Shown here piece by piece: positions 9,222 through 19,295 of a stretch of 64,000 bases of DNA. Numbering within the stretch: the stretch's first letter is position 1; every line of letters starts with the position of its first letter. Below the pieces are notes generated by a model. The model was not told the DNA's origin and ran no database searches. It saw only the letters and a program-made list of their open reading frames with translations. The position numbers were made by a program, and so were the translations under genes. Source of the DNA: an uncultured Nitrospirales bacterium (lineage in GTDB: Bacteria; Hydrogenedentota; Hydrogenedentia; Hydrogenedentales; JAGMZX01); NCBI GenBank assembly GCA_964569295.1, contig CAZMVU010000001.1:20559-84558 (forward strand), read 5' to 3'.

Positions 9222-11423
9222 TCAGTCCGCGCTCTCTACATCTGGTTCACCCAGTGCCCGGCCACGGCTATGCTGGGAAAGGTAGGTGCGCAATTGCTGG
9301 GTCAACGTGGCCACCACCCGGGGATTCTTGCTGATGTTGTCGCCTTGTCGCCAATTGCGGTTGCGCCAGTCGATATTGACCAAGGCTACTGGCGCGGGGT
9401 CGGCCACGGGGGTAAAGGTGAACGGCTCGATTCCCGACTGCCAGGTGTAGCGCCAGCGGAGGGTGCGCAGACTGAGTTGCAGCGGATTCCCGGCCATGGC
9501 CACCGGTTCACGGCGGACGGCTTCGTTGAAAAGGTCCCCGCCGGTGACCGCGTGCGGAAAACGCACGCGCATGAGCCCGGCCATGGCAACGGCCGCATCT
9601 TCGAGCGACACAAGCGCCTTATGGGTTGCTGCGGGCGGCAGGTTGGCCCCGGCCATGGCGAATATGAGCGGCACATGCAAGCTCCCCTCGGTGAGGCCGC
9701 GTACGGTCTCGGCGCCCCAACCGGCCGAAAAGTCCTGGCCGTACGGCGCGGTGATGACAAATAAGGTGTTGTCGAGGCCGGACTGCTCGCCCAAGCGTTC
9801 GTAGAACGCGCCAATCTGCTCGTCCACGTAAGCAAGCGCGGTATCGAACACATCGCGCGGCCGCGGTGTGTTCGGTGCAGTGACAAACCCCTCGCCATAT
9901 TTCTTACGCAGCCACATGGGGTTGCGCAACTCGCGCAAACGAATGAAAACAAAGAATTTCTCGTGGGCATGCGCTTCGATCCATTCCGCCGCCAGGTCGA
10001 GTGTATGGCCGGATCCGGCTGGCACGACCGGGTTGGCGCCTACCGCCTGGGAGCGGCGCCACACCACCTCGACCGGGTAATGATCGTTGAACTGTTCAAA
10101 ACCACGCTCGATGCCGCCGCCATATACCAGGTCGGCGACATCGGCCCCCTCACCCTCGGTAAACGCGGCGGTGGCGTAGTCACGCGCACGCAGCATTTGT
10201 GTGAGCGTGTCCATGTCCTCGGGCATGGACGCCGGCTGTGCACCAAGCCTGCCGTGATGCAGGGGGTTGACGCCGGTCAGCAGCGACATGGCGGGGGCGG
10301 TTACCTCCGGGGCCGGCGTGTAAGCCTGGGCGAAGGAAAGGCCACCGGCGGCAATGGCGTCGATGTTGGGCGTGGTACTGCGCTCGTAACCAAGGCTTGT
10401 CACATGTTCCGCCCCCACCCCTTCCACCAACAAGAGAATAAGGTTGGGTGCCTGCGAGGCGGCGCGCGGCTCGTGAAAGTGCGGGCCAGAGAGCAACAGC
10501 GGCCGGGCATCGCCGCTGGCGGGGCGCAGGCCGGTCTGCAACAGCCAGGCCGGTTCCCGGCTGCTGGTCCAGATAACCTGGCAAGCGCGCGCGTCGTCGG
10601 GAATATCACCATGGTCGATGCGCAGCGTGGTCCATCGTGACCCGGTCAATGGGAGTTCGCGTTGCTCCATGTCCGCCGACGTTCCCGGATACGAAATAGC
10701 GACGTATATCATGTCGATCGGGTGGGGATCCTCGGGAAGGTTGGCCCAACGCAGCACCATGTTACGCGGCGCTGTGGGATCGAGTTCGAATTGGCACACC
10801 GCTCCCTCCGGCAATTGCCGCGCGCGTGCATGCACATCGCCGACACGGTGGTGTGTGGTTTGGCCGGACAACACGACCTGGGCTGCGAGGAGTTCTTCGT
10901 GCCAGAGCATGCCTGCGGCGAGGGCGCCGTAGACAAAGCAGGCGCTGCCGAGCAGCCAACCGACGGCGGGCAGGCGCGCCTCACGGTTGGCGCAGAGCAT
11001 GGCGTACAGGCCGAAAAGCTTGAACAGCGTATGCAAGACGGCAAAGCCAGCAAGCAGAAGGAGGGGTTCAAACTCGATGAGGTTCCCGACCATGCTATCC
11101 GCGACGCCCGCGTTTGTCAGCAGGCGATCCAATCCCAGAAATTCAATGGCGGAGACACCAGCCAGGTACGGTGCAAAAAGTACAGCGGAAAACTGGGACA
11201 AACTCTCGAAAAGATACACGGCCGCGCCGCGCCCCCCCACAATCAAGCGCAACAACCCCACATAAAGCAATTGGGCGGCAAGAAAGACACAGGCCATGGC
11301 GATGGCAAGCATGATCCCGGCTTCGAAGCCTGGCACGAGATCCTGCGCCGCAAGGAGGCGGCGGGTGTAGACCCCGGCCATGCCGGCGGAAAAACCGAGT
11401 GAGACGACGTATAGGGCGAGCAT
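9222..11423 (-). CDS. Membrane-anchored alkaline-phosphatase-superfamily (sulfatase-fold) enzyme, likely a phospho-transferase of the LtaS/EptA/OpgB type rather than a sulfatase
   Basis: 733 aa; ~5 N-terminal TM helices followed by a sulfatase-like domain (LILLLVEGVGAEHVTSLGYERSTTPNIDAIAAGGLSFAQAYT). The C-x-P-x-R formylglycine motif is replaced by T-A-P-A-M (TAPAMSLLTG). Confidence 0.7.
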   Translation of the reverse strand: MLALYVVSLGFSAGMAGVYTRRLLAAQDLVPGFEAGIMLAIAMACVFLAAQLLYVGLLRLIVGGRGAAVYLFESLSQFSAVLFAPYLAGVSAIEFLGLDRLLTNAGVADSMVGNLIEFEPLLLLAGFAVLHTLFKLFGLYAMLCANREARLPAVGWLLGSACFVYGALAAGMLWHEELLAAQVVLSGQTTHHRVGDVHARARQLPEGAVCQFELDPTAPRNMVLRWANLPEDPHPIDMIYVAISYPGTSADMEQRELPLTGSRWTTLRIDHGDIPDDARACQVIWTSSREPAWLLQTGLRPASGDARPLLLSGPHFHEPRAASQAPNLILLLVEGVGAEHVTSLGYERSTTPNIDAIAAGGLSFAQAYTPAPEVTAPAMSLLTGVNPLHHGRLGAQPASMPEDMDTLTQMLRARDYATAAFTEGEGADVADLVYGGGIERGFEQFNDHYPVEVVWRRSQAVGANPVVPAGSGHTLDLAAEWIEAHAHEKFFVFIRLRELRNPMWLRKKYGEGFVTAPNTPRPRDVFDTALAYVDEQIGAFYERLGEQSGLDNTLFVITAPYGQDFSAGWGAETVRGLTEGSLHVPLIFAMAGANLPPAATHKALVSLEDAAVAMAGLMRVRFPHAVTGGDLFNEAVRREPVAMAGNPLQLSLRTLRWRYTWQSGIEPFTFTPVADPAPVALVNIDWRNRNWRQGDNISKNPRVVATLTQQLRTYLSQHSRGRALGEPDVESAD

Positions 11424-11580
11424 GAATTCCTCGATACAACCTTGTCAGCCACGACGGCACGGCCGCCGTTTAACAAAGGGCAAATACGTGTAAAGTATGG
11501 TCAACATTCGCATTGTCGCGCTGCTGTTTGCTATGATGCGTGCATCCTAGCATGGCCCAACGCAGAAGGACCACCTCCCC

Positions 11581-14319
11581 GTGCTCAGTAAACTCCTCAC
11601 CAGCCTGTTTGGTTCGGGAACGCAGCGGGAATTTCGCAAGCTGCTGCCCATCGCCGAAGAAATCCGCGCATATGAACCGCGTATGGTGGCGATGACCAAC
11701 GACGAATTGGGCGGCCGGACCGCAGACTTCAAGCAGCGCCTGGCGCAGGGCGATTCTCTGGACGATCTGCTGCCAGAGGCGTTCGCCGTGGTGCGAGAGG
11801 CGGCAAAACGGGTAACCGGCATGCGCCCTTTCGATGTGCAGTGCATCGGTGGGTACGTGCTTCACCAGGGCGCCATCATCGAAATGGTGACGGGCGAAGG
11901 CAAAACCTTGGCCGCGACGATGCCGGCGTATCTCAACGCGCTGACGGGCCGGGGCGTGCATATCGTGACGGTAAACGATTACCTGGCGCGGCGTGACGCG
12001 GAGTGGATGGGGCCCATCTATCAGTTTCTCGGGCTCACGGTAGGCGTAATCCAGGCGCAAATGAGCCCGCCAGAGCGGCAGGTAGCCTACCGCGCGGACA
12101 TTACCTACGGCACAAACAACGAATTCGGTTTCGATTACCTGCGCGACAACAGTGCGGTCTCCCCCGACCGCGTCGTGCAGCGCGAATTGAATTACGCCAT
12201 CATCGACGAGGTGGACTCGATCCTCATCGACGAGGCGCGCACACCGCTCATTATTTCCGGGCGGCCGGAAAAGAGCTCGGACACCTATGTGCATGTCGAT
12301 GAGGTGGTGCGTAAGTTGCGCCGCGACAAACACTTCACCATCGACGAAAAGCACAACCAGGTGGTCTTGACCGATGAGGGGCAGGAAACGGCGGAAAAGC
12401 TCCTGAACGTGGAGAACCTGTTCACGGAGGAGCACATCGGCCTGGTCCACATGATCGAGCAATCGATCCGCGCGCACTATTTGTTTAACCGCGATGATGA
12501 ATACATGGTGCGTAATGGCGAGGTGCTCATCGTCGATGAATTCACCGGGCGCGTCATGGAAGGGCGCCGCTACTCCGACGGCCTGCACCAGGCCATCGAG
12601 GCGAAGGAACAGGTGCCGATCCGGTTTGAATCGCAGACCATCGCCAGCATTACCTACCAGAATCTGTTCAAGTTGTACAACAAGATCAGCGGCATGACCG
12701 GCACGGCGGTCACCGAGGCGCCGGAGTTCCAGAAGGTTTACGGGCTCGATGTGACCAAGCTCGACACGAACCTGCCGCTCATCCGCGAAGACCTGCCGGA
12801 CCTCGTGTTCTACACGGAAGAGGGCAAGTTCCACTACCTGCTGGGCGATATCCAGCAGATCCACGCGCAAGGCCGCCCCATTCTCGTGGGAACGATCTCG
12901 ATCGAGAAGTCGGAATACCTCGCCGAGCGCCTGCGCGCCGCGGGTATAGAAGACGTACAAGTGCTCAACGCCAAACACCACGAGCGCGAAGCGTCAATCA
13001 TCGCCAACGCGGGCAAGAAGGGCGCCATCACTTTGGCGACGAACATGGCCGGACGCGGCACGGATATCAAGCTGGCGGAAGGTGTGCGCGAACTGGGCGG
13101 GTTGTACATTATCGGTACGGAGCGGCACGAGTCCCGCCGAATCGACAACCAGTTGCGCGGCCGGTGCGGACGCCAGGGCGACCCGGGCACCACGGGCTTC
13201 TATGTCAGCCTGCAGGACGAAGTGGCGCGCTTGTTCGGCGGCCCGCGGGTAAAGAAGGTACTGGGCATGATGGGCGGCGACCAGATCGACACGGAGCCGC
13301 TGTCGAACCGGTTTCTCTCGCGCAGCGTCGAGCGCGCCCAGACCGCGGTCGAGCAGAACAACGCGGAGATGCGCAAACACCTGCTCGATTACGACGAGGT
13401 AATGAACCGCCAGCGCATGTATATCTACGGCATGCGGCGCGCCGTGCTCGAGGACAAAGACATTTCAGACCGCATCGGCGAGATGTTCGAGAATTGCGTG
13501 AGCGATGCGCTGGACGAGTACGCCCCGCAGGAACAGCTCCCGGAAGAATGGGACATTGACGGGCTCAAGGCGGAACTAAAACGCTTGTTCGGTTTCACCC
13601 CGGATGTACACGCGGAAGGCGAAGACTTTGCCGAGAGCCTGGTGCGGCAGGTGCACGAACGCTATAAGGCCAACGAGGCCAGTATGGCGCAGACCATTCG
13701 CGGACACTACCGGGAACACATCGGGAGCGATGAGACACGCATCGACTTTCCGCAACTGGCCCGTAAGCGCATGCATGACCTCGAGAAGATGGTGGTGCTC
13801 AAGACCGTGGACGACAAGTGGATCGACCACCTGCGTGACATGGACTACCTGCGCGAGTCCGTGCGGTTGCGCGCATTCGGCCAGCGTGATCCCCTGCTCG
13901 AGTACAAGCGCGAAGGCTTCGAGCTGTTCCAGGCACTGGTGCGCAGCATCGAGGAGAGCGTGGCGCAAAATCTGTTCCGCCTGAGCGATCCGGAAATCTG
14001 GAAACTGCGGGAATTGCATCAGAAACGCGGCACGATGACCGCCCAAACGGACCCACTCGCCCAGCTACGCGATTATACCTACGTGGCGGCGGACAAACAG
14101 GCGGACCGCAGCTTCGCGTTTCAGGACACGAGCCGGTTCGCCCTGGCCGGACAGTCGTCCCAGGCGCAACCCGACGGCGGCGCCACCCAAACCCGCCAAG
14201 CCGCCCGGCCCAAGGTGCAGCAGCGCCGGGTGACGCAAAAGGTCAAGCCCAATGATCCATGTCCCTGTGGCAGCGGAAAGAAGTACAAGAAGTGTTGTGG
14301 AAGCGTGGTAGCGGACTGA
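11581..14319 (+). CDS. secA: Preprotein translocase ATPase SecA
   Basis: 912 aa; GTG start gives the canonical N-terminus (M)LSKLLTSLFGS. DEAD-motor motifs and C-terminal zinc-binding tail CPCGSGKKYKKCCG are present. Confidence 0.95.
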   Translation: MLSKLLTSLFGSGTQREFRKLLPIAEEIRAYEPRMVAMTNDELGGRTADFKQRLAQGDSLDDLLPEAFAVVREAAKRVTGMRPFDVQCIGGYVLHQGAIIEMVTGEGKTLAATMPAYLNALTGRGVHIVTVNDYLARRDAEWMGPIYQFLGLTVGVIQAQMSPPERQVAYRADITYGTNNEFGFDYLRDNSAVSPDRVVQRELNYAIIDEVDSILIDEARTPLIISGRPEKSSDTYVHVDEVVRKLRRDKHFTIDEKHNQVVLTDEGQETAEKLLNVENLFTEEHIGLVHMIEQSIRAHYLFNRDDEYMVRNGEVLIVDEFTGRVMEGRRYSDGLHQAIEAKEQVPIRFESQTIASITYQNLFKLYNKISGMTGTAVTEAPEFQKVYGLDVTKLDTNLPLIREDLPDLVFYTEEGKFHYLLGDIQQIHAQGRPILVGTISIEKSEYLAERLRAAGIEDVQVLNAKHHEREASIIANAGKKGAITLATNMAGRGTDIKLAEGVRELGGLYIIGTERHESRRIDNQLRGRCGRQGDPGTTGFYVSLQDEVARLFGGPRVKKVLGMMGGDQIDTEPLSNRFLSRSVERAQTAVEQNNAEMRKHLLDYDEVMNRQRMYIYGMRRAVLEDKDISDRIGEMFENCVSDALDEYAPQEQLPEEWDIDGLKAELKRLFGFTPDVHAEGEDFAESLVRQVHERYKANEASMAQTIRGHYREHIGSDETRIDFPQLARKRMHDLEKMVVLKTVDDKWIDHLRDMDYLRESVRLRAFGQRDPLLEYKREGFELFQALVRSIEESVAQNLFRLSDPEIWKLRELHQKRGTMTAQTDPLAQLRDYTYVAADKQADRSFAFQDTSRFALAGQSSQAQPDGGATQTRQAARPKVQQRRVTQKVKPNDPCPCGSGKKYKKCCGSVVAD

Positions 14320-15785
14320 TAGGCGCCGCCATCACCCTGTTCTGGGCCGTTATGATGGGCCTGCTGGTCTATTACGAGGTTTGGCAGCCGGCCTTCACGG
14401 CGCGCGTGCCCGCCCGCTCCACGGAAAAGACGCAGGATGTGTGGCTCGTGGTATACGCGGCCGGAAACCAGCGCGTCGGCTACCTCCACAACGCCTCCTT
14501 CCCAGAAATCCGCGATCAAGAGAACGGTGCGCGCTGGAGCCTCGACGCATTCGTCAATATACCCATCATGGGGCAGGCGGCGAAACTGCGCATGACGGGC
14601 GAGGGCTGGATATCTAAGACGAAAGGCCTGCGCGATTTTGACCTGCGCCTCGAGTCGGGTGAACATTTGTTCCAAGTCGCGGGCAAGATCCGCGAGGGCG
14701 TTTTGCATGCCACGCTGCACACCGCCGACCAAGAGATTCCTTTCACATTCCCCATCGGCGAGAAACCGCTGCTCACCGATGGCGTCGGGATGACCGTGAC
14801 GAACCTTCCCCTCCTCGAACCGGGGGAAACGGTCTACATCGATGCGTTCAACCCGCTTGGCCTTTCGTCCGGCCGGGCAGCGCTCACCTGCGTGGGGGCG
14901 GAAACCCTTCTTATCGAGGACGAGCCTGTCGAAACCTATATCATCGATATGACGCTGGCGGGGGTAACCTCGCGCAGTTGGGTAACCGCGGATGAGGTGG
15001 TGGTAAAGGTCGAGACCCCCTTCGGCTTCACACTGAAGAAAGCAACGCCGCAGGAAGCCTTCAAGCCAATCAAATCAACGAACGAAGACGGGCTGCTGCA
15101 GGCGACCGCCGTAGTCCCCGAGGGCGCCCAGCCGTTCCGAGGCGCACGAGAAATGTCGTTCCGGATTGCCGGCCTCCCGGCGGACGTGGCGATCCCGGCC
15201 GATGGCACGTACCAGGTGCGCACAAACGGCGCCTACACGGTCCGTATGCCCGCGCCGTTGGATGCCGATACGGGCGCGGCGCCTGACGTGGCCGCCGACG
15301 CCAGTCCGGCGGCAGTCGGCGATCCCCTTGTCCAGGCGGATCATCCGCGTATTCGAGCCAAGGCGCAGGAAATCACGGGGAATGCACAGCAGCCCTGGGA
15401 GAAGGCCAGGCGCATCTATAACTGGGTGCATGAAGAAATCGAGAAAACGAGCGTGGTGAATGTGCCCTCGGCGTTGGCTGTGCTGGATACGATGCAGGGC
15501 GATTGCAACGAACACACCGTGCTCTTCGTGGCATTAGCGCGTGCAGCGGGAGTCCAGGCGCGCATTGCGATCGGGCTCGTGTATAGCGAGGCGCTCGAGG
15601 GCTTTGGCTACCACGCTTGGCCGGAAGTGCGCGTGGCGAACCGCTGGATTCCCATGGATCCGACGCTGGGCCAGCCGCTTGCGGATGCCACGCATATCAA
15701 GCTGCTCACTGGGTCCATCGACCAGTGGACACGCCTCGCGCCCTTTATGGGCCGGATACAAATCGAGGTGCTGAAAGTGGAGTAA
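14259..15785 (+). CDS. Membrane-anchored transglutaminase-like cysteine protease domain protein
   Basis: N-terminal TM anchor (LIGAAITLFWAVMMGLLVYY). C-terminal transglutaminase core Cys/His/Asp (QGDCNEHTVLF...GYHAWPEV...MDPT). Start may be the GTG at 14292; 5' end overlaps the secA 3' end. Confidence 0.7.
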   Translation: MSLWQRKEVQEVLWKRGSGLIGAAITLFWAVMMGLLVYYEVWQPAFTARVPARSTEKTQDVWLVVYAAGNQRVGYLHNASFPEIRDQENGARWSLDAFVNIPIMGQAAKLRMTGEGWISKTKGLRDFDLRLESGEHLFQVAGKIREGVLHATLHTADQEIPFTFPIGEKPLLTDGVGMTVTNLPLLEPGETVYIDAFNPLGLSSGRAALTCVGAETLLIEDEPVETYIIDMTLAGVTSRSWVTADEVVVKVETPFGFTLKKATPQEAFKPIKSTNEDGLLQATAVVPEGAQPFRGAREMSFRIAGLPADVAIPADGTYQVRTNGAYTVRMPAPLDADTGAAPDVAADASPAAVGDPLVQADHPRIRAKAQEITGNAQQPWEKARRIYNWVHEEIEKTSVVNVPSALAVLDTMQGDCNEHTVLFVALARAAGVQARIAIGLVYSEALEGFGYHAWPEVRVANRWIPMDPTLGQPLADATHIKLLTGSIDQWTRLAPFMGRIQIEVLKVE

Positions 15786-16256
15786 GGAAACGGGTAGATG
15801 CTTGCGTATGGACAACTAGAATTATACCGCACGGGCTGATCGTTAGGTATAGGCGCGGTGTATATGTGCGTCAGTAGAAGGGAATGGAATGGCCCAGCTT
15901 TGTTGTTGCCGCGCTCAAATACGAGTGAAGCAAATCGGAGGACTGTCTTCGCAAGTTCCTGGCAGTACCACAGAACCATTTTCGCGAAGCTGGAGGCAGG
16001 GAATTCTTCTTTGCGGGGTTACGGAAAAGCTGGTTGATTTTGCATCCAAACAGGGATTGTTCTACTCGTTTCTTATTCTCCGCGTTTGTTTCCGCGGCAA
16101 TGACAGAACTGCCCCCTTAAAAGACGGCTGTGTGTGACAAAGGCCGGCCGCCGAGGCCCTGCGAAGAGATAAATACATACCAGGGCGCAGTTCAATGTAA
16201 TGTTGGGCGTGCCAAAAGTTTTTTCGCGGCCGCACGATACAAGGCAACAACTGCAA

Positions 16257-17012
16257 ATGATAAAGACCGAAAACCTGACAAAACGCTTCGGGCCCAACAT
16301 GGCGGTGCATCCGCTCAATATCGAGATCGCACCGGGCATGTTCTTCTGCTTTCTCGGGCCCAATGGCGCCGGCAAGACCACGACCATCAAAATGCTCACC
16401 GGCCTCTTGCGCCCAACTTCGGGCCGGGCGATTCTCGGCGGGTATGACATTCAGGTGGATCCTGTGTCGACAAAGCGATTGCTGGGCTATGTGCCCGATT
16501 CGCCGTTCCTGTACGATAAACTGACGGGTCGCGAGTTCATGCGGTTCGTGGCGGGGCTCTACCAGGTACCCGAGGCCGATTACCAGAAGTATTGCGAAGC
16601 GTTACTCGCCATGTTCGAGATCGACAAGGTGGCGGACCAGTTGATTGAAGACTACAGCCACGGTATGCGGCAGAAACTTTCGTTCGCCTCGTGCTTCCTG
16701 CACGACCCGAAGATCGTCATTGTCGACGAGCCATGGGTGGGCCTCGACCCGAAGAATATCCGGTTCGTGAAAACCTTTCTGAAGGACCGCTGCCGGGATA
16801 ACGGCTTGACGGTGTTTATGTCGACCCACACGCTGTCCATTGCCGAAGAGATTGCGGATCGCATTGGCATTATCCACCATGGGAGACTGCTTTACACGGG
16901 CACGGTTCCAGAGATAAAGGAACTGCACCGAAATCCCGGCTCACTCGAGGATGTATTTCTCGATCTGACCAAGACGGAGGCCGAAGAGGAAGAGGCGGAG
17001 CTGGGCACATGA
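16257..17012 (+). CDS. ABC transporter ATP-binding protein
   Basis: ATG at 16257 (MIKTENLTKRFG). Walker A GPNGAGKTT, signature YSHGMRQKL, Walker B IVIVDEP. Confidence 0.85.
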   Translation: MIKTENLTKRFGPNMAVHPLNIEIAPGMFFCFLGPNGAGKTTTIKMLTGLLRPTSGRAILGGYDIQVDPVSTKRLLGYVPDSPFLYDKLTGREFMRFVAGLYQVPEADYQKYCEALLAMFEIDKVADQLIEDYSHGMRQKLSFASCFLHDPKIVIVDEPWVGLDPKNIRFVKTFLKDRCRDNGLTVFMSTHTLSIAEEIADRIGIIHHGRLLYTGTVPEIKELHRNPGSLEDVFLDLTKTEAEEEEAELGT

Positions 17013-18706
17013 ACCAAGTAGGGGCAATCATCCGCGCCAAACTGCGCATGGGCATGCACCAGGTGGCCAGCGTGCGGCATGAGTCGAAGCTGAAGGTGGC
17101 CGTTATCACCGTCTCGGCGGTGTTGCTGTGGGTGGGCGCGTACTTCCTGTTCGCGGCCGGGTTCCAGTGGATTGTGAATTTCGACAAGAGCCTGGGAACG
17201 GAGTTTGCCTTTGCGGATATTCTCATGTACCGCCTGCTCGGCCTCTTCGCGCTGTCGGTGTTTCTGCTGCTCATTTTCTCGAATGCGCTGGTGGCGTTCT
17301 CCACATTCTACAAAGCCCACGAAGTCTTCTACCTGCTGCACGCCCCCATTTCCTGGCGCCAGTTTTTCTACGCACGCTTTCTCGAGTGCATCACGTTCAG
17401 TTCCTGGGCCCTTGCGTTTCTCGGGTCGCCCCTGTTACTGGCCTATGGCGTGAAGTCCGAGGCCTCTCCCCTGTTTTATATGGCGGCAGTCCTGTTCTAC
17501 CTGCCCTATATCCTCGTGCCGGCGGCTATAGGCTGTTTTGTGACCATGGTGCTCACGCGCATATTCCCGCGCCTGAAGCTGCGTACCATGGTGGTGCTGG
17601 GGGTGGTGGGCGTGCTGGCGCTATTCTGGTATTTACGCGGTGTGCTGGTAACCACGGAAATCCACGACGACATGGCCGCCGCCTCGGTCTTCCTCGACTA
17701 CACAGCCCAGTTGCAGTCGCCGTTTCTTCCCAGCTACTGGGCGGCGCAGGGCGTGACCGCAATGGCCCGGGCGAATGTCAGCCAGGGGGTCTACTTTTTC
17801 CTGCTGCTGTCGGCAAACGCGCTCATGCTGCCCTGGCTCGCGGGCGAGGCGGCCCAACGCATCTATTATCCCGGCTGGTCGGACCTGCACGGCATGAACC
17901 GGCAACGGATCAAGCGCGAGGGCCGCGGCGTTTTTGCGTGGGTCGAGCGCATGCTGAAACCGCTGCGAAACCCGTACCGCGCACTCATCATCAAAGACTT
18001 GAAGCTGTTCTGGCGCGACCCGACGCAATGGCCCCAGTTCGTGATTTTTTTCGGCATTATGGCGCTGTACTTCGCAAACCTGCGCAACACCTCGCGCTAT
18101 TATGAGGAAGAGTTCTGGCGAAGCTGGATCGCATGCTTGAACGTGGGCGCGGTGTCGCTCATATTGGCGACACTCACGAGCCGGTTCATCTTTCCGCAGG
18201 TGAGTCTCGAGGGAAAACGGTTCTGGATCATCGGCCTGGCGCCGCTGAGCTATAAGCAGCTCACCTGGCAAAAATTCTGGTTGAGCGTGCTCACGGTATC
18301 CCCGTTCACGGTGGCCCTCGCGGCGCTCTCCGGTTACATGCTGCAACTCGAACCGATCTATTACGGGTTGACTATCTACAGCGTGGTGTTGACGAACCTT
18401 GGTCTGTCGGGCCTGGCGGTCGGACTGGGCACCTTGTACCCGAGCTTCGCCGAGGACAACCCGGCGCGGATTGTGTCGGGCATGGGCGGCACGCTGAATC
18501 TGCTGGTGAGTGTGGCGTATATTGTGCTCGTGGTAGCTGCGCAAGCGCTTATCCTGCAATGGCGCGTACTCGAGGAGTACACCGAGCCGATCATGTTCTG
18601 GTACGCACTGGCGGGGGCGGTCGCGTTCATTACGCTTGTCAGCTTGCTTGCGCTCTTCGTGCCCATGCACCTGGGCCTGCGCAACCTCGAGCAGATGGAA
18701 TTCTGA
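17009..18706 (+). CDS. ABC transporter permease, fused multi-TM (putative ABC-exporter family)
   Basis: 565 aa with roughly 10-12 hydrophobic helices. Start overlaps the ATPase stop (ATGA), so translational coupling. Confidence 0.7.
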   Translation: MNQVGAIIRAKLRMGMHQVASVRHESKLKVAVITVSAVLLWVGAYFLFAAGFQWIVNFDKSLGTEFAFADILMYRLLGLFALSVFLLLIFSNALVAFSTFYKAHEVFYLLHAPISWRQFFYARFLECITFSSWALAFLGSPLLLAYGVKSEASPLFYMAAVLFYLPYILVPAAIGCFVTMVLTRIFPRLKLRTMVVLGVVGVLALFWYLRGVLVTTEIHDDMAAASVFLDYTAQLQSPFLPSYWAAQGVTAMARANVSQGVYFFLLLSANALMLPWLAGEAAQRIYYPGWSDLHGMNRQRIKREGRGVFAWVERMLKPLRNPYRALIIKDLKLFWRDPTQWPQFVIFFGIMALYFANLRNTSRYYEEEFWRSWIACLNVGAVSLILATLTSRFIFPQVSLEGKRFWIIGLAPLSYKQLTWQKFWLSVLTVSPFTVALAALSGYMLQLEPIYYGLTIYSVVLTNLGLSGLAVGLGTLYPSFAEDNPARIVSGMGGTLNLLVSVAYIVLVVAAQALILQWRVLEEYTEPIMFWYALAGAVAFITLVSLLALFVPMHLGLRNLEQMEF

Positions 18707-18798
18707 GAAGAGACAAAGTAAAGTGAGGACCGGAGGAAATGTTTGGAGGAAGAAGTTCCTTCGGTCTTGCTTCAAGAAAAACCGTGGTGGGACCTGTT

Positions 18799-19191
18799 AT
18801 GAAGACCTTGCATGTGAAGACGCCGCAACACACCGCCTTCGTCAATATTGACCGGCAGGTGCAGGGGGCAATCGATGATTCGGGCGTGCAGGATGGGTTT
18901 GTGCAGGTGTTCGTGCCACATACCACGGCCGGACTCACCATCAACGAGAATGCCGACCCGGATGTGACGCGGGACATGGCCGATGCGCTCGAGCGGGCGG
19001 TGCCGTGGAAGGCGCACTACGCGCACGCGGAAGGCAATGCGGCGGCGCATGTCAAGGCGAGCATGGTCGGCTTTTGCCAGACAGTGCTCGTCGAGAACGG
19101 CCGGATGGTCCTCGGTACCTGGCAAAGCCTATACTTTTGCGAGTTCGACGGCCCACGCACGCGCAAGGTCTATGTGCAGGTCGTGGGATAG
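18799..19191 (+). CDS. yjbQ: YjbQ/UPF0047 family protein (secondary thiamine-phosphate synthase-like)
   Basis: ATG at 18799 (MKTLHV). Conserved HTTAGLTINENADPDV...DM core of the YjbQ family. Confidence 0.75.
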   Translation: MKTLHVKTPQHTAFVNIDRQVQGAIDDSGVQDGFVQVFVPHTTAGLTINENADPDVTRDMADALERAVPWKAHYAHAEGNAAAHVKASMVGFCQTVLVENGRMVLGTWQSLYFCEFDGPRTRKVYVQVVG

Positions 19192-19295
19192 GAGGTCCCT
19201 GCAAAGGCGGCGCGAACGTGTACTCATGGCGCGCAAAGTCCCCCCAAAACAGCGCTATATGGCCAAACACACCCTGGGGTGCCGGCAGCGCATAC

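Noticed and set aside
11424-11580. Sigma70-like -35/-10 (TTGTCG ... TATGAT) in the secA/sulfatase-like divergent region
   Set aside because: Spacing between hexamers is only ~13 nt, and promoter consensus for this lineage is unknown. Not reported as a feature.
11470-12981. 503-aa ORF on minus strand
   Set aside because: Antisense to secA.
17633-18775. 380-aa ORF on minus strand
   Set aside because: Antisense to the ABC permease; Arg/His-rich.
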